A DNA stretch of 64,000 nt from Myxococcota bacterium (GCA_044344255.1 JBIJDH010000002.1:384001-448000); one strand, 5' to 3'. Counted from the stretch's first letter, positions 1 through 10,109 are shown. Notes: a model not told the origin generated them from the sequence alone. A program made the numbers and translations.

Positions 1-1774
1 CACGATGCGGTGGCGGCCCTCCGGCACCAACGAGCTCGAATTCAAGGTGAGCTACCTTCCGACCAGCCTCGACTCCGTGCCGATGAGCGACGACGAAGAT
101 GTGCCCTCGATCCAGAACGTAGACACGGGGCAGTACACCCAGAACTACGGCAGCTACGACATCAACAAGCGGTCGCGCTTCGGCGGCAGCCTGAAGTTCA
201 CGCAGCTCATCAATGACTTCGTGGGTGATCATCGTGTCAAGACGGGCGCCGAGGCGTGGGTGCTCCACGACTCGCGGGAGCTCTCTTTCACCGGCCCGAG
301 CGGGGAGGCGGTGGACGCCTCCTGGGACGAGGATCTCGATCCCCAGCCCTATGACGGCATCCAGTATTACTCCTCGCCCTCGGCCGGGCTCCCCTGTACG
401 GAGGCCGCTGGCTACACCGACTGTTACGGCTTTCGGGCCTACCAGGACGTGGGTGAGCCGCTGGGGCACAAGGGCAGCATCTTCGGGGCCTTCCTGCAGG
501 ATGACTGGCAGCCCATCGAGCCCCTCACCTTGAACCTCGGCGTGCGCGTCGACTATGAGGCCTTGTACCAGAATAACGGTGACAAGGTGGTCGGCAACGT
601 GATGCCGGCTCCCCGCTTCGGCCTCGCCTGGGACATCACGAAGGACTCCCGGACCCTGCTCAGCGTCAACGCGGGCCGCTACTTCGACCTCTCCGGCAAC
701 ACCTTCGCGGGCTGGGGTGACACCCGATCTTCGTTCATCTACGGCGAGTATCGGCGAGACCCCTCTACCGGTGACTATTACGGCTACTACGAGCAGAACC
801 CCGAGACGGACCCGCTCGTCTACTGTACAGAGTCGAGCATCAGTCAGTACGAGGACTTCCTGAAGGAGCTCGGCTACGTGGACGGGGCGATCAAGGAGGA
901 GCGTAAGCTGGTCGACAAGTACTGCGGCGACGGCCTGAAGCCCTACCACATGGACAAGGCCGTCATCGGCATCCAGCGGGAGGTCATCCCGCTGCTCGCC
1001 GTCGGTATCCGGGCCATCGTCTCTGAGACGACCAACCTCCCCGAGGACGTCGACACGAACCTCACCACCTGGGTGATCACCAACCCGGAGAGCAAGCGGC
1101 GCGACTACAAGGCCCTCGAGCTGACGGTGGAGCGAAAGTACGACGAGCGCTGGCAGGCCATGGTGGGCTACACCCTGTCGGCCGCCAAGGGCACCAACCC
1201 CGGCCAGTTCGAGCTCTCCTCCGGCGGTCAGTCGGGATCCAACGGGAATGAGGTCGGTGTCTATCTCGATGACGTGAATGACCCAGCCTGGCGTGACATC
1301 TACTACGGCGCCGCCCCCACCCTGATCGATGGGCTGAACGGGCTCGGCACCACCTCGGACACAGCGGGCTGGTACGGCTATCTGCCCTATCACTCCTTTC
1401 ATCAGGTGAAGGCCAGCGGCTATTACAGCATCCCCGAGGGATCCATGAGCACCACCCTCGGGCTCGTCTACGAGTTCGACAGCGGTCACGCCTGGCAGAA
1501 GCGCGGCTTCGTCGAGATCTACGGTGACTACATGGGCTTCCCCGAGGGGCGTGGCACCCGCACGATGCCGGCGGTCCACTATGTGGACTTCCACGTCGGT
1601 CAGAAGTTCAACTTCCGAGAGTCGGGCAGCCTCGAGGTCACCGCGGACATCTTCAACCTCCCCGACCTCGAGACGCCGATCACCTATTACGAGAACGACA
1701 ACGCGAGCTTCGGCACCGTCCTCTACCGACAGGAGCCCCGCTCGATGCGGCTCGGGCTCAAGGTCAATTACTGA
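1..1774 (+). CDS. TonB-dependent receptor (Oar-like), C-terminal barrel part; 5' end lies upstream of window
   Basis: FLQDDWQ..LTLNLGVRVD, PRFGLAWD, DIFNL and C-terminal PRSMRLGLKVNY (aromatic terminal residue) are TBDR beta-barrel hallmarks. Confidence 0.9.
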   Translation, partial: TMRWRPSGTNELEFKVSYLPTSLDSVPMSDDEDVPSIQNVDTGQYTQNYGSYDINKRSRFGGSLKFTQLINDFVGDHRVKTGAEAWVLHDSRELSFTGPSGEAVDASWDEDLDPQPYDGIQYYSSPSAGLPCTEAAGYTDCYGFRAYQDVGEPLGHKGSIFGAFLQDDWQPIEPLTLNLGVRVDYEALYQNNGDKVVGNVMPAPRFGLAWDITKDSRTLLSVNAGRYFDLSGNTFAGWGDTRSSFIYGEYRRDPSTGDYYGYYEQNPETDPLVYCTESSISQYEDFLKELGYVDGAIKEERKLVDKYCGDGLKPYHMDKAVIGIQREVIPLLAVGIRAIVSETTNLPEDVDTNLTTWVITNPESKRRDYKALELTVERKYDERWQAMVGYTLSAAKGTNPGQFELSSGGQSGSNGNEVGVYLDDVNDPAWRDIYYGAAPTLIDGLNGLGTTSDTAGWYGYLPYHSFHQVKASGYYSIPEGSMSTTLGLVYEFDSGHAWQKRGFVEIYGDYMGFPEGRGTRTMPAVHYVDFHVGQKFNFRESGSLEVTADIFNLPDLETPITYYENDNASFGTVLYRQEPRSMRLGLKVNY

Positions 1775-1776
1775 TC

Positions 1777-1800
1777 GGGTTACGGATGGGGTTACGGATG
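1777..1800. repeat. 12-bp tandem duplication (GGGTTACGGATG x2)
   Basis: Read directly just after the TBDR stop codon. Confidence 0.9.
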
Positions 1801-1831
1801 GGATCTGTCGCAGACGGGGAACGCTGAGCGC

Positions 1832-3217
1832 GTGATGACCGGTAGCCAGCAACTTCGCGCTCCCGGCCGTCGTCCGACGGTTGGGCTCTGCATGATCGTC
1901 CGCGACGAAGCCGCCATGCTGCCGGGGCTCCTCGACAGCGTGCGCGGCGTGGTCGACCAGCTCGTGGTCGTCGACACGGGCAGCGTCGATCACACCCGGG
2001 TCATCGCCCGGGCGGCGGGGGCGGTGGTGGTCGACCACCCTTGGGACGGTCACTTCGCCGAGGCCCGGAACGCCGCCTTGCCCCACGTCCGCGCCGAGTG
2101 GATGCTGCTCCTCGACGCCGATGAGCGGCTCGCTCCCGGCGCGGGCGCCGCCTTGCACGCCGCCATCGCCGATGGGCAGTTTGACCTCGGGCTGCTCCCG
2201 CTGAGCAACGCCTCCCGCTTCGACGCCAGTCCCGCCGAGGTGCTCTCCGGCGCCGCCCGCCTCGGCGAGGTGTCGCATCTGCCGCGCCTCTTCCGGGTCG
2301 ACCCGACGCTGCGGTGGGAGGGGCGCATCCATGAGTCGCCCCTCTCCTGGGTGACCGGCAAGCGGATGGCCTTCGTCGATGCGCCGATCATCCACCTCGG
2401 ACGGGTGCAAGAGCTCGTACGGGAGCGAGAGAAGGGAAAACGAAACCTCAGCCTCTTGCTTCAGCGGGTGGGTGAGGAGCCCGATGAACCCGTGACCTAC
2501 GCCTACCTGGTCACCGATCTTTACGCCGCGGGGCAGCTCGATCAGGCTCGGCGATATGAAGAGCAGGGGTGGGAGGTGGTTACGCGCCACTGCGCGGATC
2601 CCGGCAACCGTCGGCCGCCGCGTATCGTGCCCCTCGCCGGCGTCCGAGCCCAGCGGCAGCTCGGGGACAGGGACTTCAAGGGCGCCGCCGAGACCCTCGC
2701 CACGGGGCGCCGATACGGCGGTGAGCACCCGAATTTCGATTGGATTGAGGGCTGCCTCGTCTTGGCCCAACACAAAGAGGGTCAGCCGGCCGATCTCGAG
2801 CGCGGGGTCCGCCTGCTTCAGGGCACGCTGGCATCGAAGGGGGCGGTCTTCGGCGACACGCTCTACAGCGGCATCTTTGGGGTGGCGACAGAGCTGCCGC
2901 TCGCGCAGCTCCTCTTCCTTCACGGCGAGGTGGGAGAGGCCTTACAGCGCTTCGATCGGCTGCTCGCCGCCGGACAGGGTGGGGTGGAGGCCCGCCTCGG
3001 GAGGGTCGACTGCTTGATCGCGATGGGCCGCCTCCATGAGGCTCGCGCCGCCCTTCAGCCGCTGGCCCAGGTCTTGGAGCGCTCGAGCACCGACCTGCGC
3101 GACGTCGCGGCCCTGCGCGCGCGGATCGACGGCGGCCTCGGGCTCGACCCTGGCCCGGCCCTCGCCGCGGCCACCTCCCCCGGCGGCCGCTGGCTCGGCC
3201 CCCACCGACGGCTCTGA
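1832..3217 (+). CDS. Glycosyltransferase family 2 with C-terminal TPR-like helical region
   Basis: LCMIVRDE, VVVDTGSVD, FAEARN, LLLDADE, WEGRIHE motifs; helical repeat C-terminus. Confidence 0.85.
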   Translation: MMTGSQQLRAPGRRPTVGLCMIVRDEAAMLPGLLDSVRGVVDQLVVVDTGSVDHTRVIARAAGAVVVDHPWDGHFAEARNAALPHVRAEWMLLLDADERLAPGAGAALHAAIADGQFDLGLLPLSNASRFDASPAEVLSGAARLGEVSHLPRLFRVDPTLRWEGRIHESPLSWVTGKRMAFVDAPIIHLGRVQELVREREKGKRNLSLLLQRVGEEPDEPVTYAYLVTDLYAAGQLDQARRYEEQGWEVVTRHCADPGNRRPPRIVPLAGVRAQRQLGDRDFKGAAETLATGRRYGGEHPNFDWIEGCLVLAQHKEGQPADLERGVRLLQGTLASKGAVFGDTLYSGIFGVATELPLAQLLFLHGEVGEALQRFDRLLAAGQGGVEARLGRVDCLIAMGRLHEARAALQPLAQVLERSSTDLRDVAALRARIDGGLGLDPGPALAAATSPGGRWLGPHRRL

Positions 3218-3230
3218 GCGGCCCCCTCGC

Positions 3231-4928
3231 TCAGAAGGCGCTGCGCGGATCGGCGGCGAACACCTTGAAGAGCCCCGGGGCGTCCACCTCGTAGGGCGCG
3301 GCGCCGAGCACGGCCATGCCGCCCTCGATGGGGAGGGTGCTGCCCTCGGCGGGCACGAGCGCGCCGTTGAGCAGCACGCCCAGCCGGAAGGTCACCGTGC
3401 CCTCCGGCGCGCCGACGAGGCGGAGGAGCGTCCGGTCCTGCACGATTCGACCGACGGGCCACCGGGGCCCAGGGAGCATCCAGTCACCGGGGATGTGGTC
3501 GTCGATCTCTCCGGTCGAGCGCCCGGCCGTGTCGATGCGGATCATCAGCCCCTCGGGCAGCGCCTGATCGGCGACGAAGTAGGCGCGGATCAGGTTGCCG
3601 GCCTTGGGGATACGCAGCCTGTGGAGGGTGAGCTCGTGCCCGACGAGGCGGAGGCCGAGCGAGGGCCAGCGCAGGTCGGCGGCGGTCGCGGTGGCTGGCA
3701 GGGCGTCCAACAACGTCTCGTCGGGGGCGAGGCGAAGCGCGGGAGGCAGCGGGCGCTCGGGAGGGTCCGTGACCCTCTCCGGCCCGCTGGCGCCCCCAGG
3801 ATCGCAGCGCAGCGAGCCGACGCCCCCCTGAACCTCTACGGTGGTGTCGAGGGCGGCGCTGCGGGTCTGCCAATTGCCGAGGATGACCTTGCTCCACTTC
3901 GTGTCGGCGAGGGAGGTCTCGTTGGTGCGCAAGAAGATGGGCCGCACTTCGAGGCCGGTGACGCCCGCGCGGGTGAAGCGCAGATCATAGATCAGCCCCT
4001 GGTGCGCTTCATCGTCGCCGCCGTAGTCCATGGCGAGGTCGCCGGCGTCGTAAGCGATGGGCCGGCCCTGATAGAGCTCCACGCCCTGCGGGAAGTGGGA
4101 AGAGTGGCCGAGGATGGCGTCGTAGCCGCCGTCGATGAGTGCGTGCGCGATAGACCGGGTGAGCTCGGTCGGCGCGGTCTTGAAATTCTCGCCCCAATGC
4201 GGGGAGAGGATCACCACCTGGGCGTGCGCGCGGGCCTCGGCCTCCACGGCGAGCAGGGCTTGGACCACTTCGTCCTTTCTCGACGCAGCCATCCCTTCGA
4301 GGTGGAAGATCCCGGGGCGGTCGCGGGTGGCGCTGTGCCCCTTGGCGAGGGTGAGCTCTGCCCCGACGATGGCCACCACGACATCGCCGACCCGCCGATA
4401 GGCCGGACGACGCGCGTCGGCGGCGTCGAGGCCGGCGCCCGCGTAGTCGATGCCGGCGAGGCGGAGGCGGTCGGTCATCTCCCGGAGCGCCCAGGGGCCG
4501 TAGTCGCCCGCGTGGTTATTCCCGAGGGTGACGACGTCGACGCCCGCTCGGGTGAGCACGTCGATGGCGGCGGGGGCGGCGTGGTGCTGATGTGGGCGGG
4601 GCTCACCCTTGTCCCAAGGGCTGCCGCCCAGCGAGATGACCCCCTCCGCGTTGACGAGCGCGATGTCCGCGGCCTCGAAGAGCGGGGCCACGTCCGCGAG
4701 CACCCGCGCGGCGGCGACCTCGTCCCAGAGGGCGAGGTTCATGCGGCGGCCGAGCATGAGATCTCCCGCCATGACGAGGTGGTGCTCGGGCAATGGCTCC
4801 GCGGCGCAGGCCGTGAGGGCGAGGCTGAGCGCGGCGCCGCGCCCGATCGAGGCGGGTCGCTGGCGGTGGCGCGCCGAGGACGGAGCGGGGCCGGGTGCAG
4901 GTGTGGGGGGTGGCCGGTTGGAGCGCAT
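3231..4928 (-). CDS. CapA/PGA_cap family metallophosphatase-fold lipoprotein with extra C-terminal domain
   Basis: AGDLMLGR, VNAEG, LGNNHAGDYG, SPHWGEN, ILGHSSHFPQGVE; lipobox-like ALTAC; exact start uncertain. Confidence 0.85.
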   Translation of the reverse strand: MRSNRPPPTPAPGPAPSSARHRQRPASIGRGAALSLALTACAAEPLPEHHLVMAGDLMLGRRMNLALWDEVAAARVLADVAPLFEAADIALVNAEGVISLGGSPWDKGEPRPHQHHAAPAAIDVLTRAGVDVVTLGNNHAGDYGPWALREMTDRLRLAGIDYAGAGLDAADARRPAYRRVGDVVVAIVGAELTLAKGHSATRDRPGIFHLEGMAASRKDEVVQALLAVEAEARAHAQVVILSPHWGENFKTAPTELTRSIAHALIDGGYDAILGHSSHFPQGVELYQGRPIAYDAGDLAMDYGGDDEAHQGLIYDLRFTRAGVTGLEVRPIFLRTNETSLADTKWSKVILGNWQTRSAALDTTVEVQGGVGSLRCDPGGASGPERVTDPPERPLPPALRLAPDETLLDALPATATAADLRWPSLGLRLVGHELTLHRLRIPKAGNLIRAYFVADQALPEGLMIRIDTAGRSTGEIDDHIPGDWMLPGPRWPVGRIVQDRTLLRLVGAPEGTVTFRLGVLLNGALVPAEGSTLPIEGGMAVLGAAPYEVDAPGLFKVFAADPRSAF

Positions 4929-5002
4929 CGGGGCCTCGCGCTCCCATTAGCCCCTCGGCCGGCCCCTGTCCCAAGGGGGCGCGGCGCGCTACGGTCGGCA
5001 GG

Positions 5003-5572
5003 ATGCGTGAGAAGCTGCCCCTCGTCCTCTCCCTGTGCGTCGGCGCCTTGCTCGCCTACTTCCTCCTCTCTCCCTCCGATGACGCTCCGCGGGTCGAAGA
5101 GGGCTCCGAGGCGGCCGATGGCCGGCAGGCGGGTGCGTCACCGGTCACTCCACCGCGGCCTGAGCGTGCCGAGGTCGCCAACGCGGCCCCCGCGGAGGTC
5201 TCCGGGCCCGACGTGAGCCCGGTGGTGGCGGCGGCGCTTGACGCCATGCAGCCCGTCGCCTGGGAGCCCACCCATGACGGCATCGACAGCGGGATGGGCG
5301 ACCTCCAGCCCGCGATCGACCTCTGCTTCGCCGCGTGGAGGGCCGAGGAACCGGACGCCAACGGAGAGATCTCGCTCCGACTCCGCGCCACCGGTCGGGG
5401 AGACGGCTCGGGAGAGGGCCGCCTCGAGCTGCTGGAGCTGCGCGCGTCCGGGGCCGTGAGCCCGACCTTCGGGCGCTGCCTGGAGCAGTCCCTCTCGGTC
5501 GTCCGGCTCGCCGGCCCGCCCGAGGGCGGCGACATGGACTTCGACTATCCGATGAACCTCGGCCCCCGATGA
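5003..5572 (+). CDS. Membrane-anchored protein with AgmX/PglI-like (TonB-C-like) C-terminal domain
   Basis: N-terminal TM helix, Pro/Ala linker, IDLCF...GEISLRL...GRCL...FDYPMNL pattern; ATG at 5003. Confidence 0.55.
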   Translation: MREKLPLVLSLCVGALLAYFLLSPSDDAPRVEEGSEAADGRQAGASPVTPPRPERAEVANAAPAEVSGPDVSPVVAAALDAMQPVAWEPTHDGIDSGMGDLQPAIDLCFAAWRAEEPDANGEISLRLRATGRGDGSGEGRLELLELRASGAVSPTFGRCLEQSLSVVRLAGPPEGGDMDFDYPMNLGPR

Positions 5573-5582
5573 GCCGCGCGGC

Positions 5583-6986
5583 TCAGCGCCCGGGCCGCGA
5601 GGGAAAGACGCCCCGCTCCCAGTCGGGGGAGAGGGTGGACGACAAAGGTAGGGTCATCGGTGGATAGGCCGGGTGGGTTCGGACGAGCAAGAGCCAGGTG
5701 AGGACAACCACCCCATACAGGAGGGTGAGGGCCCGCCGGCTCGGCTGGCGCCGCTCGAGCTCCCTCGCTGCGGCCGCGATCAGCAGCAGCCAGGTCCCTT
5801 CGAAGAAGACCTCCGGCTTGGCCATCCGCCAGAAGCCTGGAACGACAGCGTGGATCGCGAAATAAAGTGGGTTCTTGACCGGGCCGCCCTCCCCGCCTGG
5901 GAGCAAGACCGGGCCGATCGAGATCCCAAAGAGCAGGAGGCCGGCGAGGAGGGCGAAGCGGCCGAGGGGCCACCGCCGCGCCGTCCAAAGGCCAACCAGG
6001 CCGAGCCCGCAGGTGATCGGATCGAGGGCTCGATAGAGCTCGAGGCGGTTCCAGCGTAAGGGCAACAGCGTGAAGCCGTCGAGGGCAGCGCGCTCCCAGA
6101 GGAATTGTTCTGGGGTCGCGAAGCTCGGCCCGCCGCGAAAGAGGGCGAATTGCCAGAAGGCGAGCGGCAGGCCGACGAGCGTGCACAGGGCCGAGGCCTG
6201 GGCGAGGCGAGTGAGGCCCGGCGTGAGGCGCCGCGCTCCCAGGGCGTCGGCCAGCGCGCCCAGTCCGGCCAGCACGCCGAGCGAGGCGGCGACCAAGCCG
6301 AGGTAGAGGTTCATCCAGGCGGTCAGCCCGAAGATCAGCGCCGTCCAGGCCGGCCAGGCGCCCCCTCGGCCCCAGGCTCGGTGGAGCGCCCACAGGTAAA
6401 GCGCCAGCCAGAACACGGCCGCCTTCTCGATCGTGTACCAGTTCAGGTCCCGAAAGACGTGGAGGCCGAGCCCAAAGCCGAAGGAGACTACGAGCGCGCT
6501 CCGATCTCCGCCTCCCGTGTCTCGACAGAGCAGCCAGGCCGCGAACCAGCCGAGGGCAGGATAGAGCAGGGCTTGCGCGTTGAAGGCGCCGAGCGGCGTG
6601 GTGAAGAGGTCGAAGAGGGCGGTCACCCAGAGGTGGCCGACGTGGACACCGATGAGGCGGGCGGCGGGGTCAGCCGGAGACTGGAGCGGGTGGAGCAGCA
6701 TCCGGACGTGCACTCCGTCCAGATAGAAGAGCAGGCTCCCTTCTTTGTCCACGGTGGGGAAGCTGCCGAAGACCGCGTCACCGAGGTGCGCCGCGAGGGG
6801 CGTGGTGAGCATCACGGTCTGGCCGAGGATGAACAGGGCGGCCCGCAGCGCCGTGGGCGGCCTGCGCCAGGCGGCCAGCGCCGTGATCAGGAGGCCCGCG
6901 ATGACGCAGGTGAGCCACGCCGCCGGGCTCTCGGCCAGCCCCACCGGGGCGAAGAGCTGCCGCGGGTCGGGCGGAGGTCCTATCAT
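5583..6986 (-). CDS. Polytopic membrane protein, putative GT-C/YfhO-like glycosyltransferase
   Basis: About 10 hydrophobic segments, acidic first loop (TVDKEG), similarity by eye to 14974..16656. Confidence 0.5.
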   Translation of the reverse strand: MIGPPPDPRQLFAPVGLAESPAAWLTCVIAGLLITALAAWRRPPTALRAALFILGQTVMLTTPLAAHLGDAVFGSFPTVDKEGSLLFYLDGVHVRMLLHPLQSPADPAARLIGVHVGHLWVTALFDLFTTPLGAFNAQALLYPALGWFAAWLLCRDTGGGDRSALVVSFGFGLGLHVFRDLNWYTIEKAAVFWLALYLWALHRAWGRGGAWPAWTALIFGLTAWMNLYLGLVAASLGVLAGLGALADALGARRLTPGLTRLAQASALCTLVGLPLAFWQFALFRGGPSFATPEQFLWERAALDGFTLLPLRWNRLELYRALDPITCGLGLVGLWTARRWPLGRFALLAGLLLFGISIGPVLLPGGEGGPVKNPLYFAIHAVVPGFWRMAKPEVFFEGTWLLLIAAAARELERRQPSRRALTLLYGVVVLTWLLLVRTHPAYPPMTLPLSSTLSPDWERGVFPSRPGR

Positions 6987-7028
6987 GGCGCCCTGTTATC
7001 GCGGCCGCTCAGGGTTATCTCCCCGCCG

Positions 7029-8144
7029 ATGAGCCGCTCACCGATGACCGACGCTGCCGCCCCCCGCCCGACAGACCGCCCGCTCACGGTCGCGCTGCTC
7101 GTCTGGTACGGCGAGCGGGCCCGGCGCCTGCCCTGGCGAGGCCCGGAGGTGTCCGCCTGGGAGACGCTGCTGAGCGAATTCATGCTCCAGCAGACGCGGG
7201 TGGACACCGTCCTCCCCTATTTTCACCGCTTCGTGCAGCGCTTCCCGACGCCCGCCCACATGGCCGCCGCGCCCGACGATGAGGTGCTCGCCCTCTGGTC
7301 GGGGCTCGGGTACTACGCGCGGGCGAGAAACCTCAAGAAGACGGCGGGGATACTGGCCGAAGCGGGCGCATTCCCCACAGACGAAGCGGGGCTCCGAGCC
7401 TTGCCGGGGGTGGGTGAATACATGGCCGGAGCGATCGGCTCGATCGCCCTCGGCCTCGATCTCATCGCCATCGACGGCAACCTCGAGCGGGTCCTCTGTC
7501 GGGTCCACCGCCACCCAGGTGGGCGAAAGGAGGCCAAGGCCCTCGGCCTCTCGCTGCTCCCGCCGGGCCGCGCGGGGGCCTTCAACCAGGCCCTGATGGA
7601 CCTCGGCGCCACGATCTGCACGCCGCGCAGCCCCCGGTGCCGCGAGTGCCCGATCGCCTTCACCTGCGGGGCGGCCGAGGCCGGGGAGCCCGAGCGCTAC
7701 CCCTCTCCCAAGCCGAAGCGCGCGGTGCCGGAGCGGGCTGCGGTGTCGGCCTGCGTGCGGCGGGACGGGAGGGTCCTGGTCGGTCGGCGGCCGTCGGAGG
7801 GCCTGTTCGGCGGCCTCTACGAGATGCCGGGCGGTGAGCTCGATCCAGGGGAGGCGCCCGAAGCGGGCCTGATCCGTCGCCTCGAGCAGCGGCTCGGGGT
7901 GGGCGCGCGGGTGATCGGGCCGCTCGGCGCCGTGCCGCACGTGCTCACCCACATGCGCCTCACGCAGCACGTGCTGGCGGTGGAGCTGCTCGGCGAGCCC
8001 GCGCCCGTCGGGTACAGCGCCCTGGCCTGGATCGACCCCGCCGCCCCCGAAGCGGCGGGCATCGGCCTCTCCTCCCTCTCCCAGAAGGCGCTGGCGCTGA
8101 CGCACCCCCTGCAAGGTCCTCTGCAGCGCCCCTTGTTTGGATAG
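7029..8144 (+). CDS. mutY: A/G-specific adenine glycosylase MutY
   Basis: LPWR, SEFMLQQTRV, WSGLGYYARARNL, HhH LPGVGEY, DGN, FNQALMDLGATIC..C..C.....C Fe-S motif, NUDIX-like C-terminus. Confidence 0.95.
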   Translation: MSRSPMTDAAAPRPTDRPLTVALLVWYGERARRLPWRGPEVSAWETLLSEFMLQQTRVDTVLPYFHRFVQRFPTPAHMAAAPDDEVLALWSGLGYYARARNLKKTAGILAEAGAFPTDEAGLRALPGVGEYMAGAIGSIALGLDLIAIDGNLERVLCRVHRHPGGRKEAKALGLSLLPPGRAGAFNQALMDLGATICTPRSPRCRECPIAFTCGAAEAGEPERYPSPKPKRAVPERAAVSACVRRDGRVLVGRRPSEGLFGGLYEMPGGELDPGEAPEAGLIRRLEQRLGVGARVIGPLGAVPHVLTHMRLTQHVLAVELLGEPAPVGYSALAWIDPAAPEAAGIGLSSLSQKALALTHPLQGPLQRPLFG

Positions 8145-8195
8145 ACCTCGGCGCTGAATGACCGGCACGGGGCCCCGTCCCTGCCAGAGCGACCT

Positions 8196-8240
8196 GCCCC
8201 GCCCCGCCCCGCCCCGCCCCGCCCCGCCTTGCCCCGCCTC
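8196..8240. repeat. (GCCCC)n pentanucleotide microsatellite, 6 perfect copies followed by GCCTT, GCCCC, GCCTC
   Basis: Read directly in the intergenic region after mutY. Confidence 0.9.
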
Positions 8241-8262
8241 GCGCCCGCTTGGAGCCCGCCCC

Positions 8263-9378
8263 ATGGAATCGAAGAAGATCCTCCGTATCGCTGTCGCCGC
8301 GCTCCTCCTCGGGGGAGGGGGCGCGATGCTGGCCTCCGGCGCGGCGGGCACGCTCTGGCTGGCGGCCCGCGGGATCCTGCCCCCGCTCTCGGCCCTCGCC
8401 GACGATCCGGCGGCCTGGTGGGAAGAGGTAGGGACACGCTGGAACGCGGTTGACAGCGCGGTCGATGAAGACGCCCCGGCCGCGGTCGGGGACACCGGCG
8501 CCCCGCCGCCCGAGCCGCCGCCTGCGGCTGACGTGGCCGACGAGGAGCCCCCGGCCGAAGGAGACGCCGTCGCCGCCGCGGACGGGGGTGAGGCGGAGGA
8601 GGAAGTGGAGGAAGAGGAGGCAGAGGGGGAGACGGAGGTCGGCGCCGCCGGCCGTCCGGTGCGCCCCGAGTTTGGAATGGGCCCCCGCGGCCTGCGGAGC
8701 GGCTTCGGGCGGGTTGGGCCGGGCCCCGCGGGCGTCCGGGCCAGCCCCCAGGGGGTGGCCGCCGGGAGAGGGAGCGGGCAGGCCGCGGAGGGCGGCGCGT
8801 CCAGCGCGTCGGGTGCGCGTTCGAAGGACGGGCGGGGGCGGGCCGGCGGCGGAGCCTCGGGCGGCGGCGGCAGCGAGGACAGCGCCCGCGCGCCGGCCGC
8901 TCCGACCGGCGCCTCCGGCGCGGTGACCTCCGAAGAGGGCTCCGCTGCGGGCCAGTCCGCCGGGACCACCGGAGCGACCGAGTCTGCCCGATCCGGATCC
9001 GGCCGCGCCAGTAAGAGCAGCGGCGGCTCCTGCAACGTCGAAGGTGTCACGAAGATTGACAGCACCCACTATGTGCTCTCGCAGGCCTTCGTCGACAAGT
9101 ACATCGATGACACCGACAAGGCGGGTCAGCAGGGGGCCGCCAACTGGGCGGCCAACAAGAGCGGTGAGACCACCGGCGTCAAGCTGTCCCAGCTCCGCTG
9201 CGCCCCCCGGCAGGCCGGGCTCAAGAACGGTGACGTCGTCAAGACGGTGAACGGTCGTCCCATCACGAGCACGGTCAACGCCTGGGCCGCCTATCGCGAC
9301 GTCACCGGCGCCAAACACTTCACCGTCAACCTGAAGCGGAAGGGTCAGGCGATGAAGATCAACTACGACGTGCGCTGA
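8263..9378 (+). CDS. Membrane-anchored protein with low-complexity linker and C-terminal GspC-type PDZ domain
   Basis: GGAG upstream of ATG 8263; TM helix; Glu-rich and Gly/Ser-rich linker; GLKNGDVVKTVNG...NLKRKGQ...INYDVR resembles the GspC PDZ. Confidence 0.65.
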   Translation: MESKKILRIAVAALLLGGGGAMLASGAAGTLWLAARGILPPLSALADDPAAWWEEVGTRWNAVDSAVDEDAPAAVGDTGAPPPEPPPAADVADEEPPAEGDAVAAADGGEAEEEVEEEEAEGETEVGAAGRPVRPEFGMGPRGLRSGFGRVGPGPAGVRASPQGVAAGRGSGQAAEGGASSASGARSKDGRGRAGGGASGGGGSEDSARAPAAPTGASGAVTSEEGSAAGQSAGTTGATESARSGSGRASKSSGGSCNVEGVTKIDSTHYVLSQAFVDKYIDDTDKAGQQGAANWAANKSGETTGVKLSQLRCAPRQAGLKNGDVVKTVNGRPITSTVNAWAAYRDVTGAKHFTVNLKRKGQAMKINYDVR

Positions 9379-10109
9379 GCCGGGGCGCCGCCGCTCGGAG
9401 AGGGTTCGGGGCCGAGGTGGAGTCGAAGGGTGGCCTCGCAGGCGAGCAGGGCCGCCCCATCGCGGCTGTCGAGGGTGATGGTGACCGTCCAGGGGCGCGT
9501 GTCGAACTGAGGGTAGCTCCCGATGCTCACGCTCGGCCACCGCGCCTGGGCCTCGGTCAAGTGATGGGCGATCTCGGTCTCAGAGGCGAGGGTGACGATT
9601 CGGCGCGCGCCCATCGGTACGCCGCTGTACCGCCAGGCGACGGCGTCAAACTTCCTGCGAAACAGCGAAGGCACGCCGGGGAGGATGCAGACGTTCCGCA
9701 TCATCACCTGCGGAAAGAAGATGTCGCCATCCCACCAGAGCTCCGCGCCGGTCGGGATCCTGGCCATTTGCCGGGCGGCGTCGTTGTAGTGCTCCCCCAT
9801 CTTGGCGGCGAGCACCCGGTCAAGGTCAGGGTGGGTCTGGAGGGGGACACCGAAGGCCAGGGCCACCCCCTCCATCGTCTTGTCGTCGTGCGTGGGGCCG
9901 ACCCCGCCGCTCGTGAAGGCGTGGTCGGCCAGCGCGCTGGCCTCGGCCACCGCGGCGGCGATGACGGACAGCTCGTCGGGGATCGTGGTGATGCGGAGGA
10001 GGTCGATGCCGATCTCGCGGAGGCGCAGGGCCAACCAGGGCGAGTTCTCGTCTCGGACCTTCCCGCGGAGGACCTCGTCTCCGATCACGACCAGGGCTGC
10101 GGTGGGCAT
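9363..10109 (-). CDS. CinA N-terminal / molybdopterin-binding domain protein (stand-alone)
   Basis: IGDEVLRGKVRDEN, TSGGVGPTHDDKT, LPGVP, IGSYP; no CinA C-terminal PncC domain. Confidence 0.85.
   Translation of the reverse strand: MPTAALVVIGDEVLRGKVRDENSPWLALRLREIGIDLLRITTIPDELSVIAAAVAEASALADHAFTSGGVGPTHDDKTMEGVALAFGVPLQTHPDLDRVLAAKMGEHYNDAARQMARIPTGAELWWDGDIFFPQVMMRNVCILPGVPSLFRRKFDAVAWRYSGVPMGARRIVTLASETEIAHHLTEAQARWPSVSIGSYPQFDTRPWTVTITLDSRDGAALLACEATLRLHLGPEPSPSGGAPAQRTS

Noticed and set aside
3231..4928. Poly-gamma-glutamate capsule locus
   Set aside because: capB and capC are absent from the window; CapA alone is widespread
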